Origin: Actinocatenispora sp.
GTDB taxonomy: Bacteria; Actinomycetota; Actinomycetes; Mycobacteriales; Micromonosporaceae
Direction of reading: 5' to 3'
DNA: 64,000 nucleotides
Assembly: GCA_036503555.1 (NCBI GenBank)
Contig: DASXWQ010000019.1
Span: forward strand, 2,302-66,301
The notes under the pieces are model-generated. The model had not been told where the DNA came from, did not search any database, and saw only the letters and a program-made list of their open reading frames with translations. Below are positions 21,099 through 30,892 of this stretch, piece by piece. Position 1 is the first letter of the stretch; each line of letters starts with the position of its first letter. The translations under genes and the position numbers were made by a program.

Positions 21099-22457
21099 TC
21101 ATCCTCCCGTGGGTTGCTTCGCGGCGGTGTCGAGATCGGGGACCAGCACGTCGAGCTCGCGTACCGCGGTGGTGGCGAGGCCGACGAGGGCGGCGGCGGT
21201 ACCGCAGAGGCCGGCGAGCAGCAGCATCGTGGCCATGCCCGCGCCGGGCCCGGTGCCGACGACGGGGGCGAGCAGGCCGACCAGGCCGGTACGGGTGGCG
21301 GCGCCGGGCTCGAAGACGTGGTCGGCGAGCGGGCCGGCGGCGACGGTTGCCACGGGCATCGACACCTGGGAGACGAACACGACCGCGCCGAACACCCGGC
21401 CCTGCTTCTCGGCCGGCACCTTCGTCTGCACGATCGCCTGCATGGTGCCGTTGACCAGGGGCATCAGCAGCGCGCCGACGAGGATCGCCGCGCACCAGGC
21501 GACGGCGCCGCCGGCGGCGGACATCGCGACCTGCGCGGACAGGCACATGCCGACGACGCCGAGCATCATCCCGCGTACCCGGTTGCGGGGGCCGCCCCAG
21601 GCGGCGAGCAGCAGCCCGCCGGCGATCCCACCGATCCCCATGGCAGTCAGGACGCTCGCCAACGTCGCGGTGTCGCCGCCGGTCCGGGCCAGGATCATCG
21701 GCTGCACCACCGCGAAGCCGAACACCATGACGAGGTTGACCACGCAGAACACGATCGTCAGGCCACGCAGGCTGGGCCGGGCCAGCAGGTAGCGCAGGCC
21801 CTCGGCGGAGTCGGCGAGCAGTCGCCGGCGCCGCGCGGTGCCGGTGTCGGGCCGGGTGCGCGGCAGGCCGACCAGCCGTACGGTGGCCAGCGCGACCGCG
21901 AACGTCGCGAGGTCCAGCACCAGGATCACGCCGAGCCCGGCCGTCGCGACGAGGACGCCGGCCAGCGCCGGACCGCACACGTCGGCGGCGCTGCGCGCGG
22001 TGGCGAGCAGCCCGTTGGCCCGCTGCAGGTTCTCCTTCGGTACGAGCAGCGGCACGGCCGACGACAGCGCCGGGTACTGGGCCGCGGCGGCGGCGCCGAG
22101 CAGCGCCACGGCCACGTAGACCTCCCAGAGCCGGAGCTGGCCGGTGGCGTACACGAGGGTGAGGGCGGCGATGGTGACGAGGCCGCCGGCGTCGGCGAGT
22201 TGCAGCGCGGTCCGCTTGGCGAGCCGGTCCACGAGGGCGCCGGCGGTGGGGCTGAGCAGGAGCTGGGGCAGCATCGCGCACAGCGAGAGGAGGACGACCT
22301 GGGTCGCCTGGCCGCCCTCGGTCCAGGCCCGTACGACGAAGGCGAAGCGCAGGACCGCGTTCCCGACGAGCGTGACGACCTGACCGGACCAGACCACCCC
22401 GAAACGCCCCATACCGGCGAACCGGGATCCTCCCCACACCTGCGCGTCCGCCCCCAT
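21099..22457 (-). CDS. MFS exporter, macrolide-efflux/DHA3-like; start could be 22412
   Basis: About 12 hydrophobic segments, GALVDR motif A, QRANGL, QGRVFG; first gene of the NRPS operon. Confidence 0.88.
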   Translation of the reverse strand: MGADAQVWGGSRFAGMGRFGVVWSGQVVTLVGNAVLRFAFVVRAWTEGGQATQVVLLSLCAMLPQLLLSPTAGALVDRLAKRTALQLADAGGLVTIAALTLVYATGQLRLWEVYVAVALLGAAAAAQYPALSSAVPLLVPKENLQRANGLLATARSAADVCGPALAGVLVATAGLGVILVLDLATFAVALATVRLVGLPRTRPDTGTARRRRLLADSAEGLRYLLARPSLRGLTIVFCVVNLVMVFGFAVVQPMILARTGGDTATLASVLTAMGIGGIAGGLLLAAWGGPRNRVRGMMLGVVGMCLSAQVAMSAAGGAVAWCAAILVGALLMPLVNGTMQAIVQTKVPAEKQGRVFGAVVFVSQVSMPVATVAAGPLADHVFEPGAATRTGLVGLLAPVVGTGPGAGMATMLLLAGLCGTAAALVGLATTAVRELDVLVPDLDTAAKQPTGG

Positions 22458-22603
22458 TCACCGTCACGGGAGCCCCAGGGCCCCCCTCGCCCAGCGCACA
22501 GCAGCCGCGGCAGCCCACCGACCGGACCATCCGGTCGGCGCGAGACGACCGGGACCAGTCGGGTCTGCGGTGAGCAACACCGCGGACCGCTCAAGGTGGC
22601 CCG

Positions 22604-22634
22604 AGAGTACCGTCCCGCCCCGTGGGAAGGACAA
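22604..22634 (-). promoter_or_regulatory. Candidate sigma70-type promoter of the NRPS operon
   Basis: Minus-strand TTGTCC-N19-TACTCT in an AT-richer intergenic patch, next to palindrome TCCTT-G-AAGGA. Confidence 0.35.
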
Positions 22635-22814
22635 GGCTTGACATTCCTTGAAGGATCCGATTTCCTGCCGCCGGCGGTGATGATCACGGTCTTGTCGTGG
22701 AGATCGGTCATGCGCCGGACGCTAAAGACTGACGCCCGCGGCAGGGTCAGGCCGGGGGTGGCGCAGGCCACGCTTCGGGCGGGGCCGAAGGCTCGCGATC
22801 CTAGGGTCGGTGCC

Positions 22815-23774
22815 ATGACGACCGATTCCCGCCAGCCGCGGCGCGCCGAGGCGGGCAGACTCGCCGACGTGACGACCCTGGAGGTGGCGCCCCGGCGCGC
22901 GGCCACGCTGACACTGCTCGCGGCGGCGGTCACGGTGCTGCTGTGGGCGTCGGCGTTCGTGGCGATCCGGCATGTGGGGCACGAGCTGTCGGCGGGGCCG
23001 CTGGCGCTCGGCCGGCTCGTGGTGGCGAGCCTCGTGCTCGGCGTCGTCGTCTTGGTACGCCGTGCCCCCGGCGCCGCGCGGGGCGCGGGCTGGCCGCGCG
23101 GGCGCGCCTGGGTACGCGTGGTGGTGTGCGGCGTGGCGTGGTTCGGCGTCTACAACGTCGCGCTGAACGCGGCGGAGCGGCGGGTCGACGCCGGCACCGC
23201 GGCGATGCTCGTGAACGTCGGCCCGATCCTGGTGGCCGTACTCGCCGGCCTGCTGCTGCGGGAGGGCTTCCCGCGCGCGCTGTTCGTCGGCAGCGTGGTC
23301 GCGTTCGCCGGGGTGGTCGTGATCGGCCTGGCGACCTCGTCCGGCGGCGGCGCCGACGTCACCGGCGTGCTGCTCTGCCTGCTCTCCGCGGTCGGGTACG
23401 CGGTCGGCGTGGTGGCCCAGAAGCCTTTGCTGGCAACGGTGTCCGCGCTACGGGTGACGTGGCTCGCGGCCACGGTCGCGGCGATCGGCTGCCTGCCATA
23501 CACCCCGGCGCTGGTGCGCGAGCTGGCCGCCGCCGGCCCCGACGCCGCGCTCTGGATGGTCTACCTGGGCCTCGGCCCGACCGCGATCGCGTTCACCACC
23601 TGGGCGTACGCGCTGGCCCGGACGAGCGCCGGCCGGGCCGGTACGACGACGTACCTGGTGCCGCCGCTGGCGATCCTGCTCGGCTGGCTGCTGCTGGCGG
23701 AGTCGCCGGTACCGCTGGCGTTCGCGGGCGGCGCGATCTGCCTGTTCGGCGTGTACCTGTCGCGCCGCCCCTGA
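22815..23774 (+). CDS. EamA/DMT family transporter
   Basis: LLWASAFVAIR, AGTAAMLVNVGP, YLVPP; about 10 TM segments. Start is ATG 22815 or GTG 22869. Confidence 0.9.
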   Translation: MTTDSRQPRRAEAGRLADVTTLEVAPRRAATLTLLAAAVTVLLWASAFVAIRHVGHELSAGPLALGRLVVASLVLGVVVLVRRAPGAARGAGWPRGRAWVRVVVCGVAWFGVYNVALNAAERRVDAGTAAMLVNVGPILVAVLAGLLLREGFPRALFVGSVVAFAGVVVIGLATSSGGGADVTGVLLCLLSAVGYAVGVVAQKPLLATVSALRVTWLAATVAAIGCLPYTPALVRELAAAGPDAALWMVYLGLGPTAIAFTTWAYALARTSAGRAGTTTYLVPPLAILLGWLLLAESPVPLAFAGGAICLFGVYLSRRP

Positions 23775-23778
23775 CACG

Positions 23779-23810
23779 CAGCGGGAGGCGACGCCCGCCG
23801 CCTCCCGCTG
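23779..23810. terminator. Hairpin between convergent genes
   Basis: Perfect 12-bp stem CAGCGGGAGGCG/CGCCTCCCGCTG with an 8-nt loop. Confidence 0.7.
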
Positions 23811-23824
23811 TGCGTGTGCCGCGC

Positions 23825-24331
23825 TCAGCCGGCGGCCGCGCGGGCCTGCTCGGCGACGGCGCGCATGTGCTGCTCGGCCTCGGCCGACAGCGACGTACGC
23901 AGGATCTTGCCGTCGAAGTGGAACGGCGCGAGCGCCTCCATCACCTTGTCCAGGGTCACCTGGTCCACGAGCAGGAACAGCGCCGCGCTGCCCGGCTGGA
24001 GCGTGGCGCCGACGTCCTTCATGAAGCTGTCGTCCACGCCCACGTCGGTCAGCTTCCCGGCCACGGCGCCGCTGGCCGCGCCGATCGCCATTCCCAGCAG
24101 CGGCGCGAGGAACAGCAGTCCGATCAGGCCGCCCCAGAGCGCACCGCCGGTCGCGCCCACCCCGGCCGTACTGCGGCTCTGGTGCAGTTTGATCTTGCCG
24201 TCGGGACGGGCCTCGACGATCGCCGCGTCGCGAACGGTGATCAGCCCCTCCCGCTGCAACTCCAGGATCTTGTCACGGGCCCCCTCGGCCGTCGTGACGT
24301 TCCGGTATCCGATCGCCACCAGATCGCTCAT
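23825..24331 (-). CDS. DUF1269 family membrane protein
   Basis: MSDLVAIGY, GALWGGLIGLLFLAPLLG, DVGVDDSF, ILRTSLS. Confidence 0.9.
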   Translation of the reverse strand: MSDLVAIGYRNVTTAEGARDKILELQREGLITVRDAAIVEARPDGKIKLHQSRSTAGVGATGGALWGGLIGLLFLAPLLGMAIGAASGAVAGKLTDVGVDDSFMKDVGATLQPGSAALFLLVDQVTLDKVMEALAPFHFDGKILRTSLSAEAEQHMRAVAEQARAAAG

Positions 24332-24573
24332 CCGCCAACTCCCCCGCATGGTCTGACGTTCCGGTCAGCGCCGATCGTAGGACGCGCCGGAGGTACGGGC
24401 GGCGGAACGCGAGAATCCCTTGCACGACAGGGGACATACCGGATGTGCCGGTCGGTCCATTGTGGACGAACAAGGGGCGCCGGCGCCCCGCCGGGCGGAT
24501 TTCGCGGTTTCCGCACCACGCGGGCGCAGCGGTGCCTACCGTCGGGTGATACGGGCGAACCGAGGGGGAAGCC

Positions 24574-25128
24574 ATGTCTCAACCTGAGCGCAGCGGATGG
24601 GCCGTGGCGGGATCGGTGTTCGCCGCGACGATGCTCGTGATGGTCGGCGTGTTCCAGGCGATCATGGGGATCGTCGGGATCGCCCAGAACCAGTTCTACG
24701 TGGCCACCCGCAACTACCTGTTCGACCTGGACACCACCGCGTGGGGCTGGATCCACCTGGCGCTCGGTGCGCTGATGGTGGTGGTCGGCGTCTTCGTGTT
24801 CACCGGCGCCGGCTGGGCCGCGGTGACGGCGATCGCGCTGGCCGCGCTGTCGATCATCAACAACTTCTTCTTCCTGCCGCACTACCCGTTCTGGTCGATC
24901 CTGGTCATCGCCGCCGACATGTTCGTGATCTGGTCACTGGCCACGATGGTCAACAGCCGTACGGGGTCGGCGCCGGACGAGTGGGAACCCGAGCCGCAGG
25001 CCGCCCCGGCGGGCGACCGCTGGCCGCGGGCTAACGTCGGCGGCACCGGCCGGCACGCCCGCACCGACGCACCGGCCGAACCCCGGTCCGCGGGTACGCC
25101 GAGCCAGCAGCCGCCGGCCGGAGGCTGA
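24574..25128 (+). CDS. Conserved actinobacterial 4-TM membrane protein
   Basis: RBS GAGGGGG; FDLDTTAWGWIHL, FFLPHYPFWS; typical codon usage. Confidence 0.85.
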   Translation: MSQPERSGWAVAGSVFAATMLVMVGVFQAIMGIVGIAQNQFYVATRNYLFDLDTTAWGWIHLALGALMVVVGVFVFTGAGWAAVTAIALAALSIINNFFFLPHYPFWSILVIAADMFVIWSLATMVNSRTGSAPDEWEPEPQAAPAGDRWPRANVGGTGRHARTDAPAEPRSAGTPSQQPPAGG

Positions 25129-25142
25129 ACCGCCACGGGCCC

Positions 25143-25176
25143 GGGGCGGATGCCGCGCCGACGCGGCGTCCGCCCC
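25143..25176. terminator. Hairpin between convergent genes
   Basis: GGGGCGGATGCCGCG-ccga-CGCGGCGTCCGCCCC. Confidence 0.65.
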
Positions 25177-25222
25177 GCCCGCGTACATGCGACGCGCGAC
25201 GCGTCGACCGCGCCGGGCCGGG

Positions 25223-27691
25223 CTACACGCGCAGTTCGGCGCCCGCGGACAGCCGCCGTACGCCGCCGAGGTCCCAGTCGCCGACCCCGGTGACGATCAG
25301 GCGCCGCAGTACCAGCGCCCCCTCGCGTACCGAGAGGGTGGCGTGGCCGTCGCGGACGGCGAGCCGCGCCCAGGCACCGCCGGTGGCGAGCACGTGGGTG
25401 AAGCGGTCGGCGGGCGCGGTCACCCGCAGCACACCGTCCACCGCGTCGTACGAGAAGCCTTGCCACGCAACGAGAGTGCCCCAGCTCGCCATCGCCCGCG
25501 CGTAGTGCCGGCCGCACTCGACCTCGTCGAACGGGTTGCGCCGGGCGCCGGCGTACCGGGCGCGGACGGCGGCGACGACCCGCCGCGCCGCGCCGCGCTC
25601 GCCGGCCTGCACGAGCGCGGTCGCCGCGGTGTACTCGATGCCGGTCATCACCTCGCTGAAGTACGGGAAGGGCCGCGCCGGCCGCGCGCCGCGCGGGTAG
25701 CTGGCGACCAGCAGGCCGGCCTCGTCACCGAGGGCGAAACCGCGCATGTGGTTCATGTCCCGGTCGAAACGGTCCCGCCAGTTGTACGCCAGCACTGCGC
25801 GCGCCGCGGACGCGGTGTGCCCGGCGTCGAGCTGCGGACCGAGCCCGACGAGCCGGGCCGCGACGTCGCCGACCAGCTGGTCGCTGAGACAGCCGTCGCC
25901 CAGCTGGAACGGCGGGTCGGCCGGGTCGGTGGCGCCCATCGACGGATGCCGCAGCCCGTCGGCGATCTCGCCGGCCGGCGTCACCCTCTGCACGTAGTAC
26001 TCGCCGTCGAACAGCTCACTGTCCACAATGGACTTTCCGGAGTCGCGCAGTGCGCGGCAGGTCACGGCGAAGCCGGGATCGCCGACGTACTCGGCGATCC
26101 CGGCGGCGGCCGACAGCGCCGCGAGGTACCACGTGGCCTCCTGCGGGTTCGGCCCGTAGAACTCCACGTCGTACGTGTTGTGCTGGACGCCCTCCATCAC
26201 CCCGTCCCGGTCGGCGTCCCAGCCGCCCGGAACCCAGCAGAACTCCAGCGCCCGGCGGGCCGCCGGCCACAGCGTACGGAGCAGGTCGTCGTCGCCGGAC
26301 AGCCGCCAGTCGTGCCAGAGCCGTACGATCGCGCCGAGCTGGCCGTCGGCCGCGGCGAGCGGCCACTGGCGGGCGTTCTCCTCCAGCGGCAGGCCGATCC
26401 GGAAGCTCATCAGCCCGCGTTCGTCGGTGGCGTGGGCGAACTCCAGCGTGCGCATCGAGCGGGACAGCTCGCCGAACAGGTGCGCGGTGGCGTACTCGTA
26501 GTGCCAGACGTGCGTGCAGTTGCCGTGGCAGGAGCCGACCCGGTCGGCGACGCCCTCCCAGCCGAAGAAGTGCCCGTCGGCGGTGCGGAAGCAGGTCTGG
26601 CTGCGCAGCGTCGAGGCGGTGAACAGCGCCGCCTCCAACAACTCCGGCGGTACGTCCTGCGCGACGAACTCCCGCACGAACCCGACGGTCCGCTCGGTCA
26701 GCTCCGCGAGCCGCGGCGCGAGACCGGTCAGCACGTCCGCGGCGCGCTCCCGGCCGAGCGCGTAGTGGTTGCGCAGCACCGTGTCCGGGTCGTGGTCCCA
26801 GTCGTCGCCCCACTCGCGGGGCAGCCACCGCCACGCCCGGCGGAGAGGGACGTGCCAGCCGACGAGGTACGTGAACCCGGCGCTGCCGCCGGGCGGCACG
26901 GTACGGGTGTCGGCGACCGCGGCGACCGGCGTACCGGTCGGGCTGTCGGTCAGGGCGCCGTCGTCGGCGAAGTCCGCCCAGAACGACAGCAGCCCACCGC
27001 CCCAGGACAGCTCCGGCCACCGGGTACGCCGGGTCGCCCGCTCGGACGGGTTCACCAGGCCCAGCGCCAGCGATCCCGCCGCGTACGGCGCGCCGCCGGT
27101 AGCGGCCAGCTCCACGCCGGTCACGCCGCTGCCGTCCACCGGCGCCGCGCTGTGCACCACTCCGTCGCCCGCACCGAGCGGGCTCGTCACGGCACCCAGC
27201 ACGGACACCGTGAGCGGCCGGTCGGAGCGGTTCGTCACCCGGTACCGCAGCACCGCCAGCGGCAGAGCGCTCGCGTCCACGTCGGACGGTACGAACGGGT
27301 TGAACGCGTGGACCTGCACGTCCACCGGCAGTTCCGGATCGGCCAGGTCGAGCTCGCCCAGCGGGTACGCGGCGCGGAACGTCGCGGCGGGAAACCGGGG
27401 CAGGCCCTGGTTCGCGGCCGGCGAGCCGTACGCGCCGTCGTACTCGGCGTCGTCGAGCGGCCCCTCCAGCGCGCGTACGGCCAGGACCGTGCCGTCGGCC
27501 TCGGCGAGCCGCAGGGCGAACAGCGACACGCGCGGGCCGTTGCCGTGGTCCGGCTGGTCCCCGATCTCCCAGTCGGTGAGGGTTCCGCGCCCGGCGAACC
27601 CGATCGTCCCGGTGCCGATCCCGCCCAACGGCAGCGAGATCCGGCGCAGCCGGTCACCGTTGTACTCGCGCAGCCACGGCCACTCCGCCAT
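25223..27691 (-). CDS. GH116-family glycoside hydrolase (glucosylceramidase-like)
   Basis: PLGGIGTG, GSCHGNCTHVWHY, AADGQLG, QHNTYDVE, GCLSDQLVG, EVMTGIEY, NPFDEVECGRHYAR. ATG at 27691. Confidence 0.88.
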   Translation of the reverse strand: MAEWPWLREYNGDRLRRISLPLGGIGTGTIGFAGRGTLTDWEIGDQPDHGNGPRVSLFALRLAEADGTVLAVRALEGPLDDAEYDGAYGSPAANQGLPRFPAATFRAAYPLGELDLADPELPVDVQVHAFNPFVPSDVDASALPLAVLRYRVTNRSDRPLTVSVLGAVTSPLGAGDGVVHSAAPVDGSGVTGVELAATGGAPYAAGSLALGLVNPSERATRRTRWPELSWGGGLLSFWADFADDGALTDSPTGTPVAAVADTRTVPPGGSAGFTYLVGWHVPLRRAWRWLPREWGDDWDHDPDTVLRNHYALGRERAADVLTGLAPRLAELTERTVGFVREFVAQDVPPELLEAALFTASTLRSQTCFRTADGHFFGWEGVADRVGSCHGNCTHVWHYEYATAHLFGELSRSMRTLEFAHATDERGLMSFRIGLPLEENARQWPLAAADGQLGAIVRLWHDWRLSGDDDLLRTLWPAARRALEFCWVPGGWDADRDGVMEGVQHNTYDVEFYGPNPQEATWYLAALSAAAGIAEYVGDPGFAVTCRALRDSGKSIVDSELFDGEYYVQRVTPAGEIADGLRHPSMGATDPADPPFQLGDGCLSDQLVGDVAARLVGLGPQLDAGHTASAARAVLAYNWRDRFDRDMNHMRGFALGDEAGLLVASYPRGARPARPFPYFSEVMTGIEYTAATALVQAGERGAARRVVAAVRARYAGARRNPFDEVECGRHYARAMASWGTLVAWQGFSYDAVDGVLRVTAPADRFTHVLATGGAWARLAVRDGHATLSVREGALVLRRLIVTGVGDWDLGGVRRLSAGAELRV

Positions 27692-27795
27692 CGCCCGTCC
27701 CCCACACCCGTCGCCGGTCGTCCGGGCGGGAAGATAGCCAGCGGCGTACGGTCGGCGGGCCGCGGCCCGGCGGCGGTCCCACGGCCCGGAACCGG

Positions 27796-28638
27796 TCAGT
27801 GCCGCCGGCGGGGGCGGCGGCGGATCGCCAGGTGCGCCGCGACGTCGTCCACGGGTACCGGCTGGCGCAGCGGGCGGATCGCGAGCAGCAGCGCGGCCAT
27901 GCCCAGCCCGCACAGGGTGGCGAGCAGGTGGCCGAGGTCCCAGATCGTGTGGTGCCAGAGGACCGGCACGACCACGCCGATCGTCATGCCGAGCACGCCG
28001 ACCCACCGCAGCCAGCCGTGGAACACCAGCACCGCGGCCACGCAGCCGGCGACCATCACGTAGCTGACGCCGACGTCGGTGGACAGCGCCAGCGACTGCG
28101 GCGCCCGCCCGGACCGGATCGCGTGCAGCTCCACGACCGCGGTCAGCAGCGAGCCGAGGACGTGACCGGACAGGCCGATCAGGATGATCCGGGGCGTGCC
28201 GTACCGCCGTTCGGCCCAGGCGACGACCACGCAGAAGACGGCCAGGTATCCGGCGAGCCCGACGCCGCGGTCGGCCACCCACAGCCCGCTGGTCACCAGG
28301 GCGCTGACCGGCTTCGTGCTCAACCGGGCCAGGTTCGTGCTCTGGATCGTGGTCAGCAGCGTGATCAGGTTCGGCGGCGCGGCCTTCTGCAGCAGGGTGG
28401 ACGCGGTGAAGATCGCCGCGTACGCGAACGTCGCGGGCGCGGTCACCGCCCAACCGTGCAGCCGGCCGGTCCAGACGCTCAGCGACCGGACGGCGCGCGT
28501 CGCCGGCAGCCAGACCAGGCCGAGCGCCCGGAGCAGGTACCACAGCAGCGCGACGAGCACGAGGAACGCGACGACCGCCACGCCGTCCAGTCTCGACCGC
28601 CGCGGGCCCGCGCCGGCCCCGTTTGCCGGAAATCCCAC
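27796..28638 (-). CDS. Rhomboid-like membrane protein; start uncertain (GTG 28581 possible)
   Basis: STNLARL, AERRYG, GHVLGSL and DVGVSY motifs with several TM segments. Confidence 0.75.
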   Translation of the reverse strand: MGFPANGAGAGPRRSRLDGVAVVAFLVLVALLWYLLRALGLVWLPATRAVRSLSVWTGRLHGWAVTAPATFAYAAIFTASTLLQKAAPPNLITLLTTIQSTNLARLSTKPVSALVTSGLWVADRGVGLAGYLAVFCVVVAWAERRYGTPRIILIGLSGHVLGSLLTAVVELHAIRSGRAPQSLALSTDVGVSYVMVAGCVAAVLVFHGWLRWVGVLGMTIGVVVPVLWHHTIWDLGHLLATLCGLGMAALLLAIRPLRQPVPVDDVAAHLAIRRRPRRRH

Positions 28639-28642
28639 CGAG

Positions 28643-28681
28643 GTAGACAGTGTCTACGCGTCGGTGGTAGACAGTGTCCAT
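28643..28681. promoter_or_regulatory. Paired TetR operator palindromes
   Basis: GTAGACAGTGTCTAC (28643-28657) and GTAGACAGTGTCCAT (28667-28681); the second overlaps the tetR start. Confidence 0.8.
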
Positions 28682-29285
28682 GCAATCGGTACGGGAGCGG
28701 CTGGTCGCCGCCGGAGTCGACCTCGTCGTACGCGACGGGGCCGACGCGGTCGGGCTGCGGGAGATCGCGCGGCGGGCCGGGGTGTCGCACGGCGCGCCGC
28801 GGCGCTACTTCCCGACCCACCGGGACCTGCTGTCCGCGATCGCCCGGCAGGGCTTCGCCGAGCTGGCCGAGCGGTTCGCCGCGGCCGCCGACCCGGCCGC
28901 GCCGCCCCGCGACGCGCTGCACGCCCTCGCCCGCACCTACGTGGCGTACGCGGTGGACCGCCGCGGCATGTTCGACCTGATGTTCCGGCACGACCTGCTG
29001 CGCGGCGACGACGACGCGGACCGGCCGAAGCTCCGCGAGGCGACCCTGCCGATGTTCGACCACATCGTCGAGCTGGTCCGGCAGCACCGCCGCGCCCGGC
29101 CCCGCACCGGCCGGCGTACCCCGGCCGCGGTGACCGCCGCCGCGCTGTGGGCCAACCTGCACGGCATCACGCAGCTCTGGGGGTGGGGCAGCGCGCAGCT
29201 CATGCTGCGTACCGCCGACGCCGACGCCGGGCGCGACCTCGACCGGCTCGTCACCGCCGCGCTCGACGCACACCTCCCCGCATGA
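28674..29285 (+). CDS. TetR family regulator (WHG-type C-terminus)
   Basis: HTH LREIARRAGVSHGAPRRYF; LWANLHG. Confidence 0.92.
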   Translation: MSMQSVRERLVAAGVDLVVRDGADAVGLREIARRAGVSHGAPRRYFPTHRDLLSAIARQGFAELAERFAAAADPAAPPRDALHALARTYVAYAVDRRGMFDLMFRHDLLRGDDDADRPKLREATLPMFDHIVELVRQHRRARPRTGRRTPAAVTAAALWANLHGITQLWGWGSAQLMLRTADADAGRDLDRLVTAALDAHLPA

Positions 29286-29405
29286 GCGCGCGCTTCACAC
29301 CTCAGGACGACCCGGACCGAAGCGAGGAGCCGGCGTGCGAGCGAATCATCAGCACTGCGTGTCGTGCCTCATGGCGGCCCCGAGCGAAGCGAGGGGGCGA
29401 CGTGA
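29282..29405 (+). repeat. Second, diverged copy of the intercistronic coupling element
   Basis: Shares the blocks CGAGyGAATC, GTGCCTCrTGG, CCGA...GAGG and a terminal start/TGA with 16093-16180; begins in ATGA with the tetR stop. Confidence 0.6.
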
Positions 29406-30844
29406 GTAGGCGTCGCTGGCCGGCGTTCGCCGCGAGCGTGGCGGGCGCGTCGATCGTCGCGCTGGACGGCACCGTCCTGCTCGTCGCCCAGCCGCGCATG
29501 GGTGCGGACCTGGCGGCGAGCCCGGCGGCCGTGCAGTGGACCAGCACCGGGTACCTCGTCGCGGTGGCCGCGCTGCTCGTCGTCGCCGGCCGGCTCGGCG
29601 ACCGGTACGGGCACATCCGGCTGCTGGTGACCGGCGTCGCCGGGTTCGCCGCCGCGTCCGCCGGCATCGCGTACGCGCCCGGGATCGGTGCGGTGATCGC
29701 GCTGCGCGTCGTGCAGGGCGTGTTCGCGGCGCTGCTGCAACCGGCGACGCTCGCGCTGCTGCGCCACGCGTACCCGCCGGAGGCGCTCGCCCGGCCGGTC
29801 GCGGCGCGTACCGCGGCGATCGGGATCGCGTCGGCCGCCGGCCCCGTCGTCGGCGGCGCGCTCGTCGCGCACGTCGGCTGGCGCGCCGTGTTCGCGATCA
29901 ACGTGCCGGTCGCGCTGGTCGTCGCCGCCCTCGCGCTCGCGGTACGGCTGCCCGCCCGGCCGCGTGGCGAGCCGGCACGGCTCGACCTCGCCGGCGCCGC
30001 GCTGCTCGCCGCGACGCTCGCGCTCGGCGTGCACACCCTCGTCGGCATCCCCGCGTACGGCTGGCTCGGCGCCCGGACCCTGTTCGGCCTCGCCGGCACC
30101 GCCCTGCTCGGGACCGTCCTCGTCCGGTACGAGCGCCGCGCCGCGGATCCGATCGTGCCGCGGGCGGTGGCCCGCTCGGCGACGGTGACGGGAGCGACCG
30201 CGGTGCTGCTGGTGACGACCGCGGCGCTGTTCGGCACCCTGTTCGTCGCCTCGTACCTGTTGCAGGACAGGCTCCGGCTGGACCCGCTCGCGGCCGGCCT
30301 GCGGGTGCTGCCGCTGACCGTGTTGATGGTGCTCGGTGCCCCGGTGGCGACGGTGGCGCTGCGGCGCCTCGGCGCCCGGCGTACCGCGGGGATCGGCGTG
30401 CTGGTGCTCGCGGCCGGGACCGCCACGCTGGCCGTACCCGGCGTGATCGGTGACGCGTGGGCGTCGGGCGGCACGTTCGGCCTGCTCGGCGCCGGGTTCG
30501 CGGCGGTGATGGTGACCGCGACCGCCACCGTCGTCGGCGACGCGCCGCCCGGGTACGCCGGTGTCGTCGGCGGGTTGAAGCAGACCGCGATGAACGTCGG
30601 CCCGACCGTCGGCATCGCCGTCGCCGCCACCCTCGGTACCGCCGGCCACGCCACGCTGCTCGTCCTCGCCGGCGTCGCCGTCCTCGCGCTGCTGCCGGCC
30701 CGCGCCCTGCCATCGTCCACAGTGGACGACCGATCCGTTGCGGCACAGGGCGACGCGGGTCGCGTACCCCCGTGGCACGCGACCCGCGGCCGGTCCGCGC
30801 CGCCGACACGGACACCGGACCGGGGCGGGGCCGGCGGGCGGTAG
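29402..30844 (+). CDS. MFS drug:H+ antiporter (DHA2/QacA-like); in-frame upstream ATG at 29282
   Basis: LDGTVLLVA, WTSTGYLV, GRLGDRYG, GPVVGG, WRAVFAINVP. Confidence 0.9.
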   Translation: MSRRRWPAFAASVAGASIVALDGTVLLVAQPRMGADLAASPAAVQWTSTGYLVAVAALLVVAGRLGDRYGHIRLLVTGVAGFAAASAGIAYAPGIGAVIALRVVQGVFAALLQPATLALLRHAYPPEALARPVAARTAAIGIASAAGPVVGGALVAHVGWRAVFAINVPVALVVAALALAVRLPARPRGEPARLDLAGAALLAATLALGVHTLVGIPAYGWLGARTLFGLAGTALLGTVLVRYERRAADPIVPRAVARSATVTGATAVLLVTTAALFGTLFVASYLLQDRLRLDPLAAGLRVLPLTVLMVLGAPVATVALRRLGARRTAGIGVLVLAAGTATLAVPGVIGDAWASGGTFGLLGAGFAAVMVTATATVVGDAPPGYAGVVGGLKQTAMNVGPTVGIAVAATLGTAGHATLLVLAGVAVLALLPARALPSSTVDDRSVAAQGDAGRVPPWHATRGRSAPPTRTPDRGGAGGR

Positions 30845-30892
30845 CGAGGCCCGCCGGCCCTCCAGGGCGGATCCCGACCAGGTCGGGACCGC

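Noticed and set aside
25223-28681. 1152-aa version of the GH116 ORF and other long N-terminal extensions in the ORF track
   Set aside because: The extensions overlap neighbouring real genes; RBS and motif onset support the shorter starts given.
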